A DNA stretch of 64,000 bases, taken from an uncultured Thermoplasmata archaeon. Lineage in GTDB: Archaea; Thermoplasmatota; Thermoplasmata; UBA10834. The stretch is taken from the NCBI GenBank assembly GCA_963719945.1, contig CAVRDX010000001.1, positions 768,001 through 832,000 on the forward strand. Reading direction: 5' to 3'. The notes under the pieces were generated by a model. It saw only the letters and a program-made list of their open reading frames with translations. It searched no databases and was not told where the DNA came from. Below, piece by piece: positions 10,764 to 20,123 of the stretch (positions within the stretch are counted from its first letter, which is position 1; the number at the start of each line of letters is the position of its first letter). A program made the translations under genes and the position numbers.

Positions 10764-11579
10764 TTGAGCATAATTCAATCGAAACGATACATCAAGAAGA
10801 TAGGGCTGATCGGCGACTCAGGAGTGGGCAAGACCTCTCTGATCCGACGATTCGTGATAGATGTCTTTGATGACAAATACATCGCCACCATCGGGACCAA
10901 GGTCAGTAAGAGAGATATTGAGTTCAAACACCCTGACAAGACGGTCTATCTGACTCTCATGATATGGGACATCTTGGGCCAGAAGGACTACAAGAAGATG
11001 AGGGCTCAGGGGATGAGCGGGTCCCATGGGATAGTCATCGCCTGCGATTTGAGCAGGCCGGCGACAGTCGAGTCAGTGGAACAGTTCTGGCTGCCAGAGG
11101 TATGGGACATCCTGGGAACCATACCGATAGTGTTCGTTGGCAACAAGATCGATCTCGCAGGTCCTGATTCAACCACAAAGGAACAGCTAATCAAGATTGC
11201 CGAAAAAACGGAGATGCCAGTCATATTCAGCAGCGCGAAGACGGGCACGAGCGTCGAGGATGCTTTCAGAAAGATAGGGGAAATGATGATATCTGGCGAA
11301 TATGTCGAGAAGAAACCCCTATTCGAAGGTGGCTCCCTGGCCCAGGCGGTTGATGAGATCGTGTCCGATTTCTGCGAGCAATATGGCGATACTGGCCGTG
11401 CGATGGAGATCGTCGATAGGGAGTTCAGCAAGGCCAAGGTCAATATACAGAAGCCATCCAAGGACAGCTTATTGATGGCGATCGAGTACCTGTCCGATAT
11501 CGAGCGGGACATCCACGGACGGGACGTCTCCGAAGTGAACAAGCTCCGAAGATGGAAGATGATCGACGAGGCCGATTAG
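10764..11579 (+). CDS. Rab/Ras-like small GTPase with a C-terminal helical extension
   Basis: G1 GDSGVGKT, G2 YIATIG, G3 WDILGQ, G4 GNKID, G5 SSAK; TTG start at 10764 follows a GGTGAT RBS. Confidence 0.9.
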   Translation: MSIIQSKRYIKKIGLIGDSGVGKTSLIRRFVIDVFDDKYIATIGTKVSKRDIEFKHPDKTVYLTLMIWDILGQKDYKKMRAQGMSGSHGIVIACDLSRPATVESVEQFWLPEVWDILGTIPIVFVGNKIDLAGPDSTTKEQLIKIAEKTEMPVIFSSAKTGTSVEDAFRKIGEMMISGEYVEKKPLFEGGSLAQAVDEIVSDFCEQYGDTGRAMEIVDREFSKAKVNIQKPSKDSLLMAIEYLSDIERDIHGRDVSEVNKLRRWKMIDEAD

Positions 11580-11601
11580 AGATAGGCTCGGTCGTGGTCA
11601 G

Positions 11602-12204
11602 ATGCTCCTCAAGAAGCGAAGGCTGGAAATCACCCTTCAGAAGCTGAAACCCCTGGAATCACGCACCCCGAGGCTTGAGCAGTACCCGACACCGGCGACA
11701 CTCGCGGCAGATATATTGTGGGAGGCCGTGTCCGCCGGTGACATCTGTGATAAGACAGTAGCCGATCTGGGTTGCGGGAACGGGATATTCTGTCTAGGTG
11801 CGAAGCTTCTCGGAGCGAAGAGGTCGGTCGGGATTGATATCGACCCCATGGCGATCAAGGTTGCCAGAGAGAATGCCGAGGCGCTCATCTTGGACATCGA
11901 ACTCACTGAGGGAGACGTGTCTACATTGTCAGGCGAATTCGACACTGTTGTACAAAATCCGCCCTTCGGGTCCCAGAACAAGCATGCCGACAGAGAATTC
12001 ATCAAGAAATCCATCGAACTGGCCCCCAGGGTGTATTCGCTGCATAACGAAGGCACTGAACCATTCGTGGCAGACATGGTCAGGAGCCTCGGGGGACGAT
12101 GCGACCCTATAAAAAGGTATAAATTCGAGATTCCATATGCGTTCGAGTTTCACAGAAAGGCTAGCGAGACGATTCCAGTCGTTCTGTTGAGGTTTGAAAG
12201 ATAG
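11602..12204 (+). CDS. METTL5-like SAM-dependent RNA methyltransferase
   Basis: LEQYPTP, DLGCGNG, QNPPFG motifs. Confidence 0.9.
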   Translation: MLLKKRRLEITLQKLKPLESRTPRLEQYPTPATLAADILWEAVSAGDICDKTVADLGCGNGIFCLGAKLLGAKRSVGIDIDPMAIKVARENAEALILDIELTEGDVSTLSGEFDTVVQNPPFGSQNKHADREFIKKSIELAPRVYSLHNEGTEPFVADMVRSLGGRCDPIKRYKFEIPYAFEFHRKASETIPVVLLRFER

Positions 12205-12792
12205 GTGATCTATCTGTCACGAACTGGCCGAAAAGTACTACCGGGAGACGAAGTCGCTATTGCAGAGGAATACATGTCTGGTGAGGGCACCTACGAAGCT
12301 GATGGCAAGGTTTACGCGAGCGCCGTCGGCGAACTCGACCTGGACTCGAGTGAGAAGACCGCTAGAGTGATTCTTGAGAACCCTCCAGTCGTCCTCATGG
12401 AGGGGGATGTCGTATTCGCGGATGTCACTGACACCAAACCCGCGATGGCCATATGCTCCATCGTCGCACAGGAGGGCAAGAAGAGATCGGTATCCAGCGA
12501 GACGCTTGCATCAATCCATGTGTCCAAGATCGCATCGTCCTACGTCGAGGATGCAGGCGATCTTCTCAGGGCAGGGGACCTGGTCAGAGCCCAGGTGATA
12601 CAGGCAGAACCTTCAGTTCAGCTGACGACATCAGGACCTCATTTCGGGGTCATACGAGCGCTTTGCACTGTTTGCAGGAAGCCTTTGGAGCGCAAGGGCA
12701 GGGACCTGTGGTGTACCCGGTGCGAGCACGATGAGAGACGCAAGCTGGCTGACGATTACAGAGAATTCGAACTGACGAAGCCAAAACACTAA
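12205..12792 (+). CDS. csl4: Exosome RNA-binding subunit Csl4
   Basis: VLPGDEV..EEY..GEGTY, S1 domain with IHVSKI, C-terminal Zn ribbon CTVC..CTRC..ERRKLA. Confidence 0.93.
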   Translation: MIYLSRTGRKVLPGDEVAIAEEYMSGEGTYEADGKVYASAVGELDLDSSEKTARVILENPPVVLMEGDVVFADVTDTKPAMAICSIVAQEGKKRSVSSETLASIHVSKIASSYVEDAGDLLRAGDLVRAQVIQAEPSVQLTTSGPHFGVIRALCTVCRKPLERKGRDLWCTRCEHDERRKLADDYREFELTKPKH

Positions 12793-12829
12793 ATCAGTGA
12801 TAGCAGATTGACTGAAGAGGGGGGCCGCA

Positions 12830-13012
12830 TTGACAAACAGTGATGAAAAACAATTGCTTGCCGAGATCGCGCACCTTAGGGATGACCTGAAACAACTTAG
12901 AGAAATTGTGAACGTGCTGGTCAACGTCGTCATGGAAGATGACTACGACGACGATGAGCAGGAATTCCCCGCATTCTCCGGGAACGACAGCAAGTTCCAG
13001 ATATACAACTGA
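12830..13012 (+). CDS. Small hypothetical protein (short coiled coil, acidic tail)
   Basis: TTG start after GAGG RBS; fills the csl4-glyA gap. Confidence 0.65.
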   Translation: MTNSDEKQLLAEIAHLRDDLKQLREIVNVLVNVVMEDDYDDDEQEFPAFSGNDSKFQIYN

Positions 13013-13044
13013 GCAGACGACAAATCGATAAACTCGGCCCGCAT

Positions 13045-14277
13045 ATGGGAGCTCGTGTTGTCATGAAGAGTTCTTACTTTCTAGACAGGATGAGAGAGCA
13101 GGAGCACTGGCGCCTGGAAGAATCAATCAACCTACTCCCATCAGAGAACATGGCAAGCCCCCAGGTACGGGCACTCCTCTCCTCTGATTTTGGCCATAGG
13201 TACACACTACCAGTGAACGCGGAGTTTGCGGGCGCTTACGTGGAGAATTCATATCGAGGAACCAGGATCACGACCGAGGTCGAGCTGAAATGTGAGGAGG
13301 CTGCCTGCGACGTGTTCGGGTCCAGGTACGCCTGCGTGCAGCCAATGGGAGGGCATATCGCCGCAATGATTGTCATAGCGTCCACCACGAAGAGAGGGGA
13401 CACCATGTCCGCGATACCGGTCGAAGTGGGAGGATACGACGGCTACGGGCAGGGGTACATACCAGACATATTCGGCCTGAAAGCGCATTCGCTGCCATTC
13501 GACGCTGCGAAGCAGAACTTGGATTCTGCAGCTGTAGCACAGGAGATCAGGAAGGTCAAGCCCCAACTTGTCATCTTGGGAGCATCGTTCATCCTATTTC
13601 CATATGACATGAAGCCGATCAAGGAGGCCTGCAGGAGCGCTGGCTCGAAACTGGCCTATGACGGATCACATGTACTAGGATTGATAGCCGGCGGACAGTT
13701 CCAGAATCCGCTCAAGGAAGGGGCGGATGCACTCTTCGGCTCGACCCACAAGAGCTTCTTCGGGCCGCAGGGAGGGCTCATTGTGACCAACAGCAAAGAA
13801 GTGGATGCTAGTGTCCGCAAGAACCTCACATGGAGGATCGTCGATAACGTGCACTGGAACAGGGTCGCGGCACTCGGGCAGGCGCTGCTGGAGATGAAGA
13901 GGTTCGGGCCACAGTATGCCAATCAAGTGGTCAAGAACTCAAAGCGATTCGGAAAGGAACTGTACGAGAGAGGATTCCCGTTGATGTTCGAGGATCTTGG
14001 TTTTTCGGAATCACATCAGTTGCTCATAGACCAGCAGAAGACGACCGAAGTCTTTGGAATGAGCATGAATGACCTCTCGGTAACATTAGAAAGATCCAAC
14101 CTAATAATCGATTCCGTGGGAAGATTGGGTACTGCAGAGGTCACCAGGCTAGGCCTGAAGGAGAAGGACATGCCCGAACTGGCAGACATGTTCATGGATG
14201 CTGCAAAAGGCAAGAACATGAAGAAGCAGGTCAGGAGATTCAGGGATCGGTTCACGATGGCATACAGGTTCGCATGA
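13045..14277 (+). CDS. glyA: Serine hydroxymethyltransferase, archaeal type
   Basis: INLLPSEN, SDFGHRY, YDGSHVLGLIAGG, PLP lysine motif STHKSFFGPQGG, RLGTAEVTRLG. Confidence 0.88.
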   Translation: MGARVVMKSSYFLDRMREQEHWRLEESINLLPSENMASPQVRALLSSDFGHRYTLPVNAEFAGAYVENSYRGTRITTEVELKCEEAACDVFGSRYACVQPMGGHIAAMIVIASTTKRGDTMSAIPVEVGGYDGYGQGYIPDIFGLKAHSLPFDAAKQNLDSAAVAQEIRKVKPQLVILGASFILFPYDMKPIKEACRSAGSKLAYDGSHVLGLIAGGQFQNPLKEGADALFGSTHKSFFGPQGGLIVTNSKEVDASVRKNLTWRIVDNVHWNRVAALGQALLEMKRFGPQYANQVVKNSKRFGKELYERGFPLMFEDLGFSESHQLLIDQQKTTEVFGMSMNDLSVTLERSNLIIDSVGRLGTAEVTRLGLKEKDMPELADMFMDAAKGKNMKKQVRRFRDRFTMAYRFA

Positions 14278-14348
14278 TTATGCAGCAAGAGGGGCCACCC
14301 TGGCAGTGAAAGCAATTAATACGGGTCCAGACCATCTCAGCCTGAACC

Positions 14349-15107
14349 ATGGAAGACAGATATTCTAGACAGATACTTCTCCCGGAAATAGGAGCAGAAG
14401 GTCAGAAGAGATTGGCCCATTCGAAGGCGGTTGTCATCGGTTGTGGCGCTCTCGGAACTCATTCATTGTCGTACCTTGTGAGAGCGGGTGTCGGCAGCGT
14501 GAGCGTTGTCGACAGAGATGTCGTCGATGTCACCAACCTGCAGAGGCAGACGATGTTCGAGGAAACGGATGTCGGCAGGCCAAAGGCGCATGTAGCCGTC
14601 GAGCATCTGAAGAAGATCAACTCATCCATTGAAATCACAGGTCTACATGTCGATGTCAATCCAGACAACATAGAGAACATCATCCTCGGAGCCTCAGTGG
14701 TGGTAGATGCCACTGATAACATGGAGACCAGGTTCCTGGTCAATGATGTATGCGTGAAGAATGGTATCCCATGGGTCTATGGGGGTGCTGTAGGAGTCAG
14801 CGGGATGGTCCTGGTCATCAAAGGTGATGGACCCTGCCTCAGATGCGCTTTCCCGAAACTGCCCGCTCCTGGAGAGCTACCGACTTGCGATACCGTCGGC
14901 ATAGCGAACACTCTGCCAGGAGTCGTTGCAGCCATGGAAGTCACGGAAGCGTTCAAGATAATGATGGACAAGGACCATACAAAGGAACTCATGATACTGG
15001 ACATATGGAACCAGGAGGTTCAGAAGATAAAGCTCAAGAAGAACCCTGATTGTGATTGTTGCGGAAGGCACAACTACGAATATCTAGCTGCGCCTAGTAG
15101 GAAGTAG
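14349..15107 (+). CDS. ThiF/MoeB/UbaA family E1-like adenylyltransferase
   Basis: RYSRQ, GCGALG, DRDVV..TNLQRQ, DATDN, CLRC, catalytic TCDTVG, C-terminal CDCC. Confidence 0.92.
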   Translation: MEDRYSRQILLPEIGAEGQKRLAHSKAVVIGCGALGTHSLSYLVRAGVGSVSVVDRDVVDVTNLQRQTMFEETDVGRPKAHVAVEHLKKINSSIEITGLHVDVNPDNIENIILGASVVVDATDNMETRFLVNDVCVKNGIPWVYGGAVGVSGMVLVIKGDGPCLRCAFPKLPAPGELPTCDTVGIANTLPGVVAAMEVTEAFKIMMDKDHTKELMILDIWNQEVQKIKLKKNPDCDCCGRHNYEYLAAPSRK

Positions 15108-15119
15108 GTCGGTGATCCA

Positions 15120-15749
15120 TTGAAAGGCATCGTTCTGCTGTCAGGAGGAATAGATTCTCCCGTGGCGGCATATCTGATGGCAAGACAGGGGATGGACCTC
15201 ATCCTTGTGCATTTCGACAACAGACCATTCACAAGCGATGCGGAGACAGACAAGGCCAAGGCGTTGATGACACAGCTGGATAAGGCTACAGGCAAGAAGC
15301 ATACCAAGCTGATGGTCCCGCATGGCCCTACACAGTCGGAGATCGCGAGGAACTGCAGGAGCAATATCCAGTGCGTCCTCTGCAGACGAACAATGCTCAG
15401 AGTAGCCGAGAGGTTGGCCGCAAAGCACGATGCAGGTTTCATCATAACAGGAGAGTCGATGGGACAGGTAGCGTCCCAGACCCTTGCGAACATCCTCGTT
15501 GAAGAGAACGCAACCTCACTGCCAGTTCTCAGACCATTGATAGGTTATGACAAGGTGGAGATTGAGCGGATCGCCAAGGAGATCGGCACTTATGAGATAT
15601 CAATCCTCCCTGGAGCATGTTGTGCGGTCGCGCCCAACAAACCGTCCACCTACAGCAAGCTAAAGCCCACCCTCGAAGAAGAAGGAAAGGTGGACCTCGA
15701 GCAGCTAGTGGAGCTGGAGGCAGCGAATGCATATAGCATCTTGGAGTGA
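15120..15749 (+). CDS. ThiI-like PP-loop sulfurtransferase lacking the THUMP domain
   Basis: LLSGGIDSPVAA at the extreme N-terminus, CVLCRR, TGESMGQVASQT, LRPLIG.DK.EI...A..IGTYEIS, GACC. Confidence 0.88.
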   Translation: MKGIVLLSGGIDSPVAAYLMARQGMDLILVHFDNRPFTSDAETDKAKALMTQLDKATGKKHTKLMVPHGPTQSEIARNCRSNIQCVLCRRTMLRVAERLAAKHDAGFIITGESMGQVASQTLANILVEENATSLPVLRPLIGYDKVEIERIAKEIGTYEISILPGACCAVAPNKPSTYSKLKPTLEEEGKVDLEQLVELEAANAYSILE

Positions 15750-15755
15750 GGTGGC

Positions 15756-16247
15756 ATGAAGGGGCTAGTACTGGACTCCTCCGCGCTGTACTATGGCAAA
15801 GACCTCCCCGATGGATATGAATTGATCATCTCCCCAGGAGTCGTCAGGGAGTTGGAGAAGGAAGGAATGGGCCCGCGGCTGGAATTCCTTTTGGCGTCAA
15901 AACTGAGGGTGTATTCCCCTGAAGAGAAGCACATCGAGAAGGCAAAGCTAGCAGCCAGAGCGACTGGCGACATTTCTAGATTGTCTAATACGGACATCGA
16001 GGTGTTGGCTCTGGCACTCGAGACAGGCTATCAATTAGTGACCGATGACTATTCCATCCAGAACACTGCAGCCGAGCTCGGGGTGCCATGCAGAGGGCTC
16101 GACCAGAGAGGCATCACGAGCGTATGGCATTGGGAGGCGAGATGCATCGGCTGCGGGAAGACTTTCGAATCGAATGTCGATGTCTGCGACATATGCGGAA
16201 GCGGCACCAAATCTTCAAGGAAGAGGAAAACGCGAACGAAGGGTTGA
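15756..16247 (+). CDS. nob1: Nob1-like rRNA maturation endonuclease (PIN + Zn ribbon)
   Basis: VLDSSA, LSNTDIEVLALA, TDDYSIQN, CIGC..CDICG. Confidence 0.9.
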   Translation: MKGLVLDSSALYYGKDLPDGYELIISPGVVRELEKEGMGPRLEFLLASKLRVYSPEEKHIEKAKLAARATGDISRLSNTDIEVLALALETGYQLVTDDYSIQNTAAELGVPCRGLDQRGITSVWHWEARCIGCGKTFESNVDVCDICGSGTKSSRKRKTRTKG

Positions 16248-16270
16248 GTTTTCGCACCCAGCTCCAGATT

Positions 16271-17347
16271 CTAGAATAATATCCCCTTGCATCGGATCAC
16301 GCGGTTGAGGCCTCTCCGCCCCAACATGCGCATGGACATCCCTAGGAGAGGGTCGCTTGGGAAGAATATGTCGGCCAATCGTCTAGTGGAGAGGGCGGTC
16401 CGCAATGGTTTCCCCATCACTTCTCGCCATCGCGTCTCGTATGCTGCAAGAGAGCACCTGCCGGCCAAGTGTTCAGCGATCGTCTTGCCGGCGATCCTGC
16501 CAGCTATCATCGCCGTCGGGATGCCCCCACCGTTCGTCGCCATCACCTGTCCCGCAGCGTCGCCAACCAACAACACATTCTCCCGTACAGTGGATGAAGC
16601 AGGGCCGGACATCGGGACCAGTCCCATCGTGATGTCCCCACATTCACAATCCAGCGTTGTCAGGAATTTGTCGAAGACCGCTCTCGGGCTACCTTTTAAG
16701 ATGCCTGGGTTGAATCCGACCCCGACATTCGCACCCCCTGACTTCGGGATTATCCAAGCATACCCACCAGGAGCGACACTGCCGAAGTACATCTTTACGA
16801 CCGGTTCGAACGAACCCTTCACCTGACAGGTCACAGCAGGGTAGTTTATGCGGGAATCACCCATCCCGATTTGTCTCATCGTCTTTGAATTGGGACCATC
16901 CGCGCCGACTATCACCTTCGCCTTGATGTCTCCAAGGGTCGTCCGTGCGATACCGTTTTCGATGGATAGCAGGGACGAATCTGTGCTAAGCCTAGACCCG
17001 GCGTTGATCGCCAGGTCGACCAGGTGCTTGTCGAAGAATCGCCGATCGAGGACATGCGATTTGAACCCACACCTGTATGCTTTTCCCCGCGGTGATATCA
17101 GGTCGATACTGTCGCAAGTCCCTTTGACAAGGTGCGATGGTAGCGTGAAGAGTTCCTGGAGATTCTGACCTTCGGGGAATATCGTATACATCTCATCGGT
17201 GTCTGGAAGGAGTTCCCCGCATTGCACAGGGTAGCCTATCTCCCGTCGTCTATCAATCATCAGAACGTCGATGCCCTCGGACGCACAGAACCTCGCGGTT
17301 GTGCTCCCTGCGGGACCTGCACCGATAATTAGGACGTCGACGTCCAA
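16271..17347 (-). CDS. Geranylgeranyl reductase family flavoprotein
   Basis: GAGPAG, PVQCGE, GADG, PGGYAWIIP, GDAAG..MATNGGGI. Confidence 0.9.
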   Translation of the reverse strand: MDVDVLIIGAGPAGSTTARFCASEGIDVLMIDRRREIGYPVQCGELLPDTDEMYTIFPEGQNLQELFTLPSHLVKGTCDSIDLISPRGKAYRCGFKSHVLDRRFFDKHLVDLAINAGSRLSTDSSLLSIENGIARTTLGDIKAKVIVGADGPNSKTMRQIGMGDSRINYPAVTCQVKGSFEPVVKMYFGSVAPGGYAWIIPKSGGANVGVGFNPGILKGSPRAVFDKFLTTLDCECGDITMGLVPMSGPASSTVRENVLLVGDAAGQVMATNGGGIPTAMIAGRIAGKTIAEHLAGRCSLAAYETRWREVMGKPLRTALSTRRLADIFFPSDPLLGMSMRMLGRRGLNRVIRCKGILF

Positions 17348-18057
17348 GGTTTCTTCCCCCTGGTCATCGTGGCGCCCTTTAGCTTGAGGAACTCGGTCTT
17401 GACCTCGGAGAAGCCCTGTTGAGATAGCAGGTTCTCATAGATCGATGTGAATCCGAAGGCCTTGTAGGTATCCACGAAAGTCATGTAAGGGTCTCGCTTC
17501 AGCCGATGGTATGACGCAGGGTTCACAGCTATCCTCGCGAGCTTCGGAACGACGTGTTTGACATGTATATCCAGCAGCTTCGCGAGCGGACCTGGCGGCG
17601 GCTTTGCGACATCCACTATACGGACCTCGCCTCCATCCTTCAGGACTCTATGTATCTCGGAGATACCCTCACCCTTGTCGAAGAAATCCCTGAATGAGAA
17701 TACGCAGAACACCTTATCCACGCTCTGATCTGCCAGTGGTATCTTCTCCCCCACCGCTCTGACCAACTGTATGCGATTCTGGTCCAGCAGCTCCCTCGAA
17801 TAGTTCGCGAGTTCGCCGGATGGTTCAATGCAATATATCGATTTGGAGATGAGGTGTCTGGCGAATGAGCCTGGTCCTGAACCTACCTCGAGGACCACAT
17901 CATCGGGCTTTGCGTAAGCGGCCACCTCCTGGCGCCATCTGTCAGCAAGTCCGAATGTGATCAACTGGTTCACTCGATCATAGTCTGGGGCGATCTCCTC
18001 GAGCGCCTCGACGACCTCCGTCCAATGCTTCCCGGACATACCATTAGCATCCATCAT
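17329..18057 (-). CDS. menG: UbiE/MenG family quinone C-methyltransferase
   Basis: IAPDYDRVNQLITFGLADRWR, VLEVGSGPG, EIHRVLKDGG; clustered with menA. Confidence 0.8.
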   Translation of the reverse strand: MMDANGMSGKHWTEVVEALEEIAPDYDRVNQLITFGLADRWRQEVAAYAKPDDVVLEVGSGPGSFARHLISKSIYCIEPSGELANYSRELLDQNRIQLVRAVGEKIPLADQSVDKVFCVFSFRDFFDKGEGISEIHRVLKDGGEVRIVDVAKPPPGPLAKLLDIHVKHVVPKLARIAVNPASYHRLKRDPYMTFVDTYKAFGFTSIYENLLSQQGFSEVKTEFLKLKGATMTRGKKPWTSTS

Positions 18058-18068
18058 AATCGAGCCAC

Positions 18069-19061
18069 CTACGAATCTCTGTTCAAGACCCTGTTGACGA
18101 GCTCTCTCAGGGATCTGCTGTATTTGGTGTCTGGCAATGAGCCAAGGTGTTGCAACGCCTCAAGGGCATAATATTCGCCCATGCCCTTCGCCTTATCTAT
18201 CGCCCCGGATTCTATGACGAGATCGATACAACGCCTGACCTTCTCTGCGGGTGGGTCATCCATCTTGACCAGTTCGAGTATCTCTTTGCGTGCAGTCTCC
18301 GAATCCTTCATAGCCAATAGGGATGGCAGAGTCAGATACCCCTCTTTCAGATCCATCCCGACCGGTTTGCCAGTGCGCTTCTCATCACCTATGAAATCCA
18401 GGATATCATCAGCGATCTGGAATGCGATTCCCATATTGAGGCCATAGCTCGCCAGATTGTTGATGTCCTCGAGAGTCCCACCGGCCAGATAGGCCCCGAC
18501 CATCGCACCCGCCCTCAAAGGTTCCGCAGTCTTGCGCTCCATCACCTTCAGGTAGGTGTCCACAGTCATGTCCTGAGTGTGCCGATATTTATTCTGGAGT
18601 ATCTCACCTTCAGCGAGCTTCGCGCAAGCATCCGCCGTTGTCTGGACGACATTCTTGTCGAAGAGTCCTCCGAGAGAGAAAGCCTTTACGAAAAGGAAAT
18701 CACCAGTCACGATCGCGCTATGTAACCCGTACTTCTTGTAGACCGTCTCGCGACCTCGTCTAGCAAGTCCGCCATCGTTTATATCGTCATGAATCAACGT
18801 CGCGGAATGTATAAGCTCGAAAGCCGCTGCGATATCAGCAATCTTCTGAATATCCTCTCCGCCTAGGCTCTTGAATGACAGTATCGTCACGGTAGGTCGG
18901 AGCCGCTTTCCGCCCGCATCGATCACGTGCAATGCGGCCTCGGTGAGATTCTTCTCGCCAGAAGCGACCATCTGACGAAGCTTCTCATCGACCAAGCTAA
19001 GCTCCTCAGAGATGCCGAAATCCCAAGGAGATGGACTCATCAATATTCGCATATGCCCCAA
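18069..19061 (-). CDS. Long-chain trans-polyprenyl diphosphate synthase
   Basis: GGKRLRP, HSATLIHDDIND (Ala five residues before the first DDxxD, long-chain type), RRG, FQIADDILD. Confidence 0.9.
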   Translation of the reverse strand: MGHMRILMSPSPWDFGISEELSLVDEKLRQMVASGEKNLTEAALHVIDAGGKRLRPTVTILSFKSLGGEDIQKIADIAAAFELIHSATLIHDDINDGGLARRGRETVYKKYGLHSAIVTGDFLFVKAFSLGGLFDKNVVQTTADACAKLAEGEILQNKYRHTQDMTVDTYLKVMERKTAEPLRAGAMVGAYLAGGTLEDINNLASYGLNMGIAFQIADDILDFIGDEKRTGKPVGMDLKEGYLTLPSLLAMKDSETARKEILELVKMDDPPAEKVRRCIDLVIESGAIDKAKGMGEYYALEALQHLGSLPDTKYSRSLRELVNRVLNRDS

Positions 19062-19173
19062 TCTCTACTTAACCCTAGTGGTTACTGGCTCTTGGCTGTA
19101 GATGATGGCCAGAAGAGGTTTGGAGGTCCGTATTATTTATATCCAAGTTCGACCAGTTGCATATTGAACTCTT

Positions 19174-20106
19174 ATGAACGAACCAAGCGAGAAGCCATCC
19201 AAACTAAAGATATGGATCGCGGAACTGAGAGTGCCGTTCTTTACAGCTGCAATTGTACCCGCGATATTTGGAACGGCCATCGCGTGGCAGTCTGAAAACA
19301 ATTTTAATGCCATACTCTTCGGTCTTGTGACTCTTGGTGTAATTCTCGCTCACGCAGCAACTAACGTCATCAATGATTACTTCGACTACAAGAGCGGGAC
19401 GGACATATCCAACAAGAACAGAACCCCGTTCAACGGAGGAAGCCCGTTCCTTGTGGAAGGTGTGCTTACACCTAGAGAGGTGTACACCGCCGCTATGCTG
19501 ATGTTTGGCGCATGCGCAGTCATCGGATTCTATCTCGCCTATGCAAGCACTTGGCTCGTAATCCCGCTTGGAATAATCGGCATAGGATTCGGATACTTCT
19601 ATACGATCCCTAAATCAGGACTGGCCGCAAAGGGGGTAGGAGAGGTAGCCCTCGGATTGGGTTTCGGTCCATTGATCGTGGAAGGCGCCTATCTCGTCCA
19701 GACCCAGACATTCAGCATTCCAGTCTTACTCGCGGGAGTCCCTGTGGGACTCTTCATCGGGCTTGTATTGTTCATAAATCAGTTCCCGGACATGGAGGCT
19801 GATGGAGCAGCGGGCAAGAATCATTGGGTCGTCAGGATGGGACTGGCCAAGGCGGCATCGTGGTACGTCGGAACAATGGTCGCGGCCTTCGCTATGATAG
19901 TTGCATTGTCCGCGCTCAATGTGTACCCGCTATACGCACTACTCGCGCTCGCACCATTGCCTCTTGCGTTCAAAGCAATCAAGATAGTACGTGAGAAGTG
20001 CGAGTCCGTAAGAGAACTGGTCCCTGCACAGGCGATGACAATACAGATACACCTCATCACAGGACTGCTGCTCTCTGCTGGGATAGTAGTTGCGGGTTTC
20101 CTGTAA
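19174..20106 (+). CDS. menA: 1,4-dihydroxy-2-naphthoate polyprenyltransferase
   Basis: NVINDYFDYKSGTD, FNGGS, GVGEV, NQFPDMEADGAAGK; multiple TM helices. Confidence 0.88.
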   Translation: MNEPSEKPSKLKIWIAELRVPFFTAAIVPAIFGTAIAWQSENNFNAILFGLVTLGVILAHAATNVINDYFDYKSGTDISNKNRTPFNGGSPFLVEGVLTPREVYTAAMLMFGACAVIGFYLAYASTWLVIPLGIIGIGFGYFYTIPKSGLAAKGVGEVALGLGFGPLIVEGAYLVQTQTFSIPVLLAGVPVGLFIGLVLFINQFPDMEADGAAGKNHWVVRMGLAKAASWYVGTMVAAFAMIVALSALNVYPLYALLALAPLPLAFKAIKIVREKCESVRELVPAQAMTIQIHLITGLLLSAGIVVAGFL

Positions 20107-20123
20107 TCAATGACAGGTCAATA

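Noticed and set aside
12202-12207. In-frame TAG between the METTL5-like gene and csl4 as possible pyrrolysine read-through
   Set aside because: Both proteins are full length on their own, TAG ends several other genes here, the junction is an ordinary stop/start overlap, and no pyl genes are in the window
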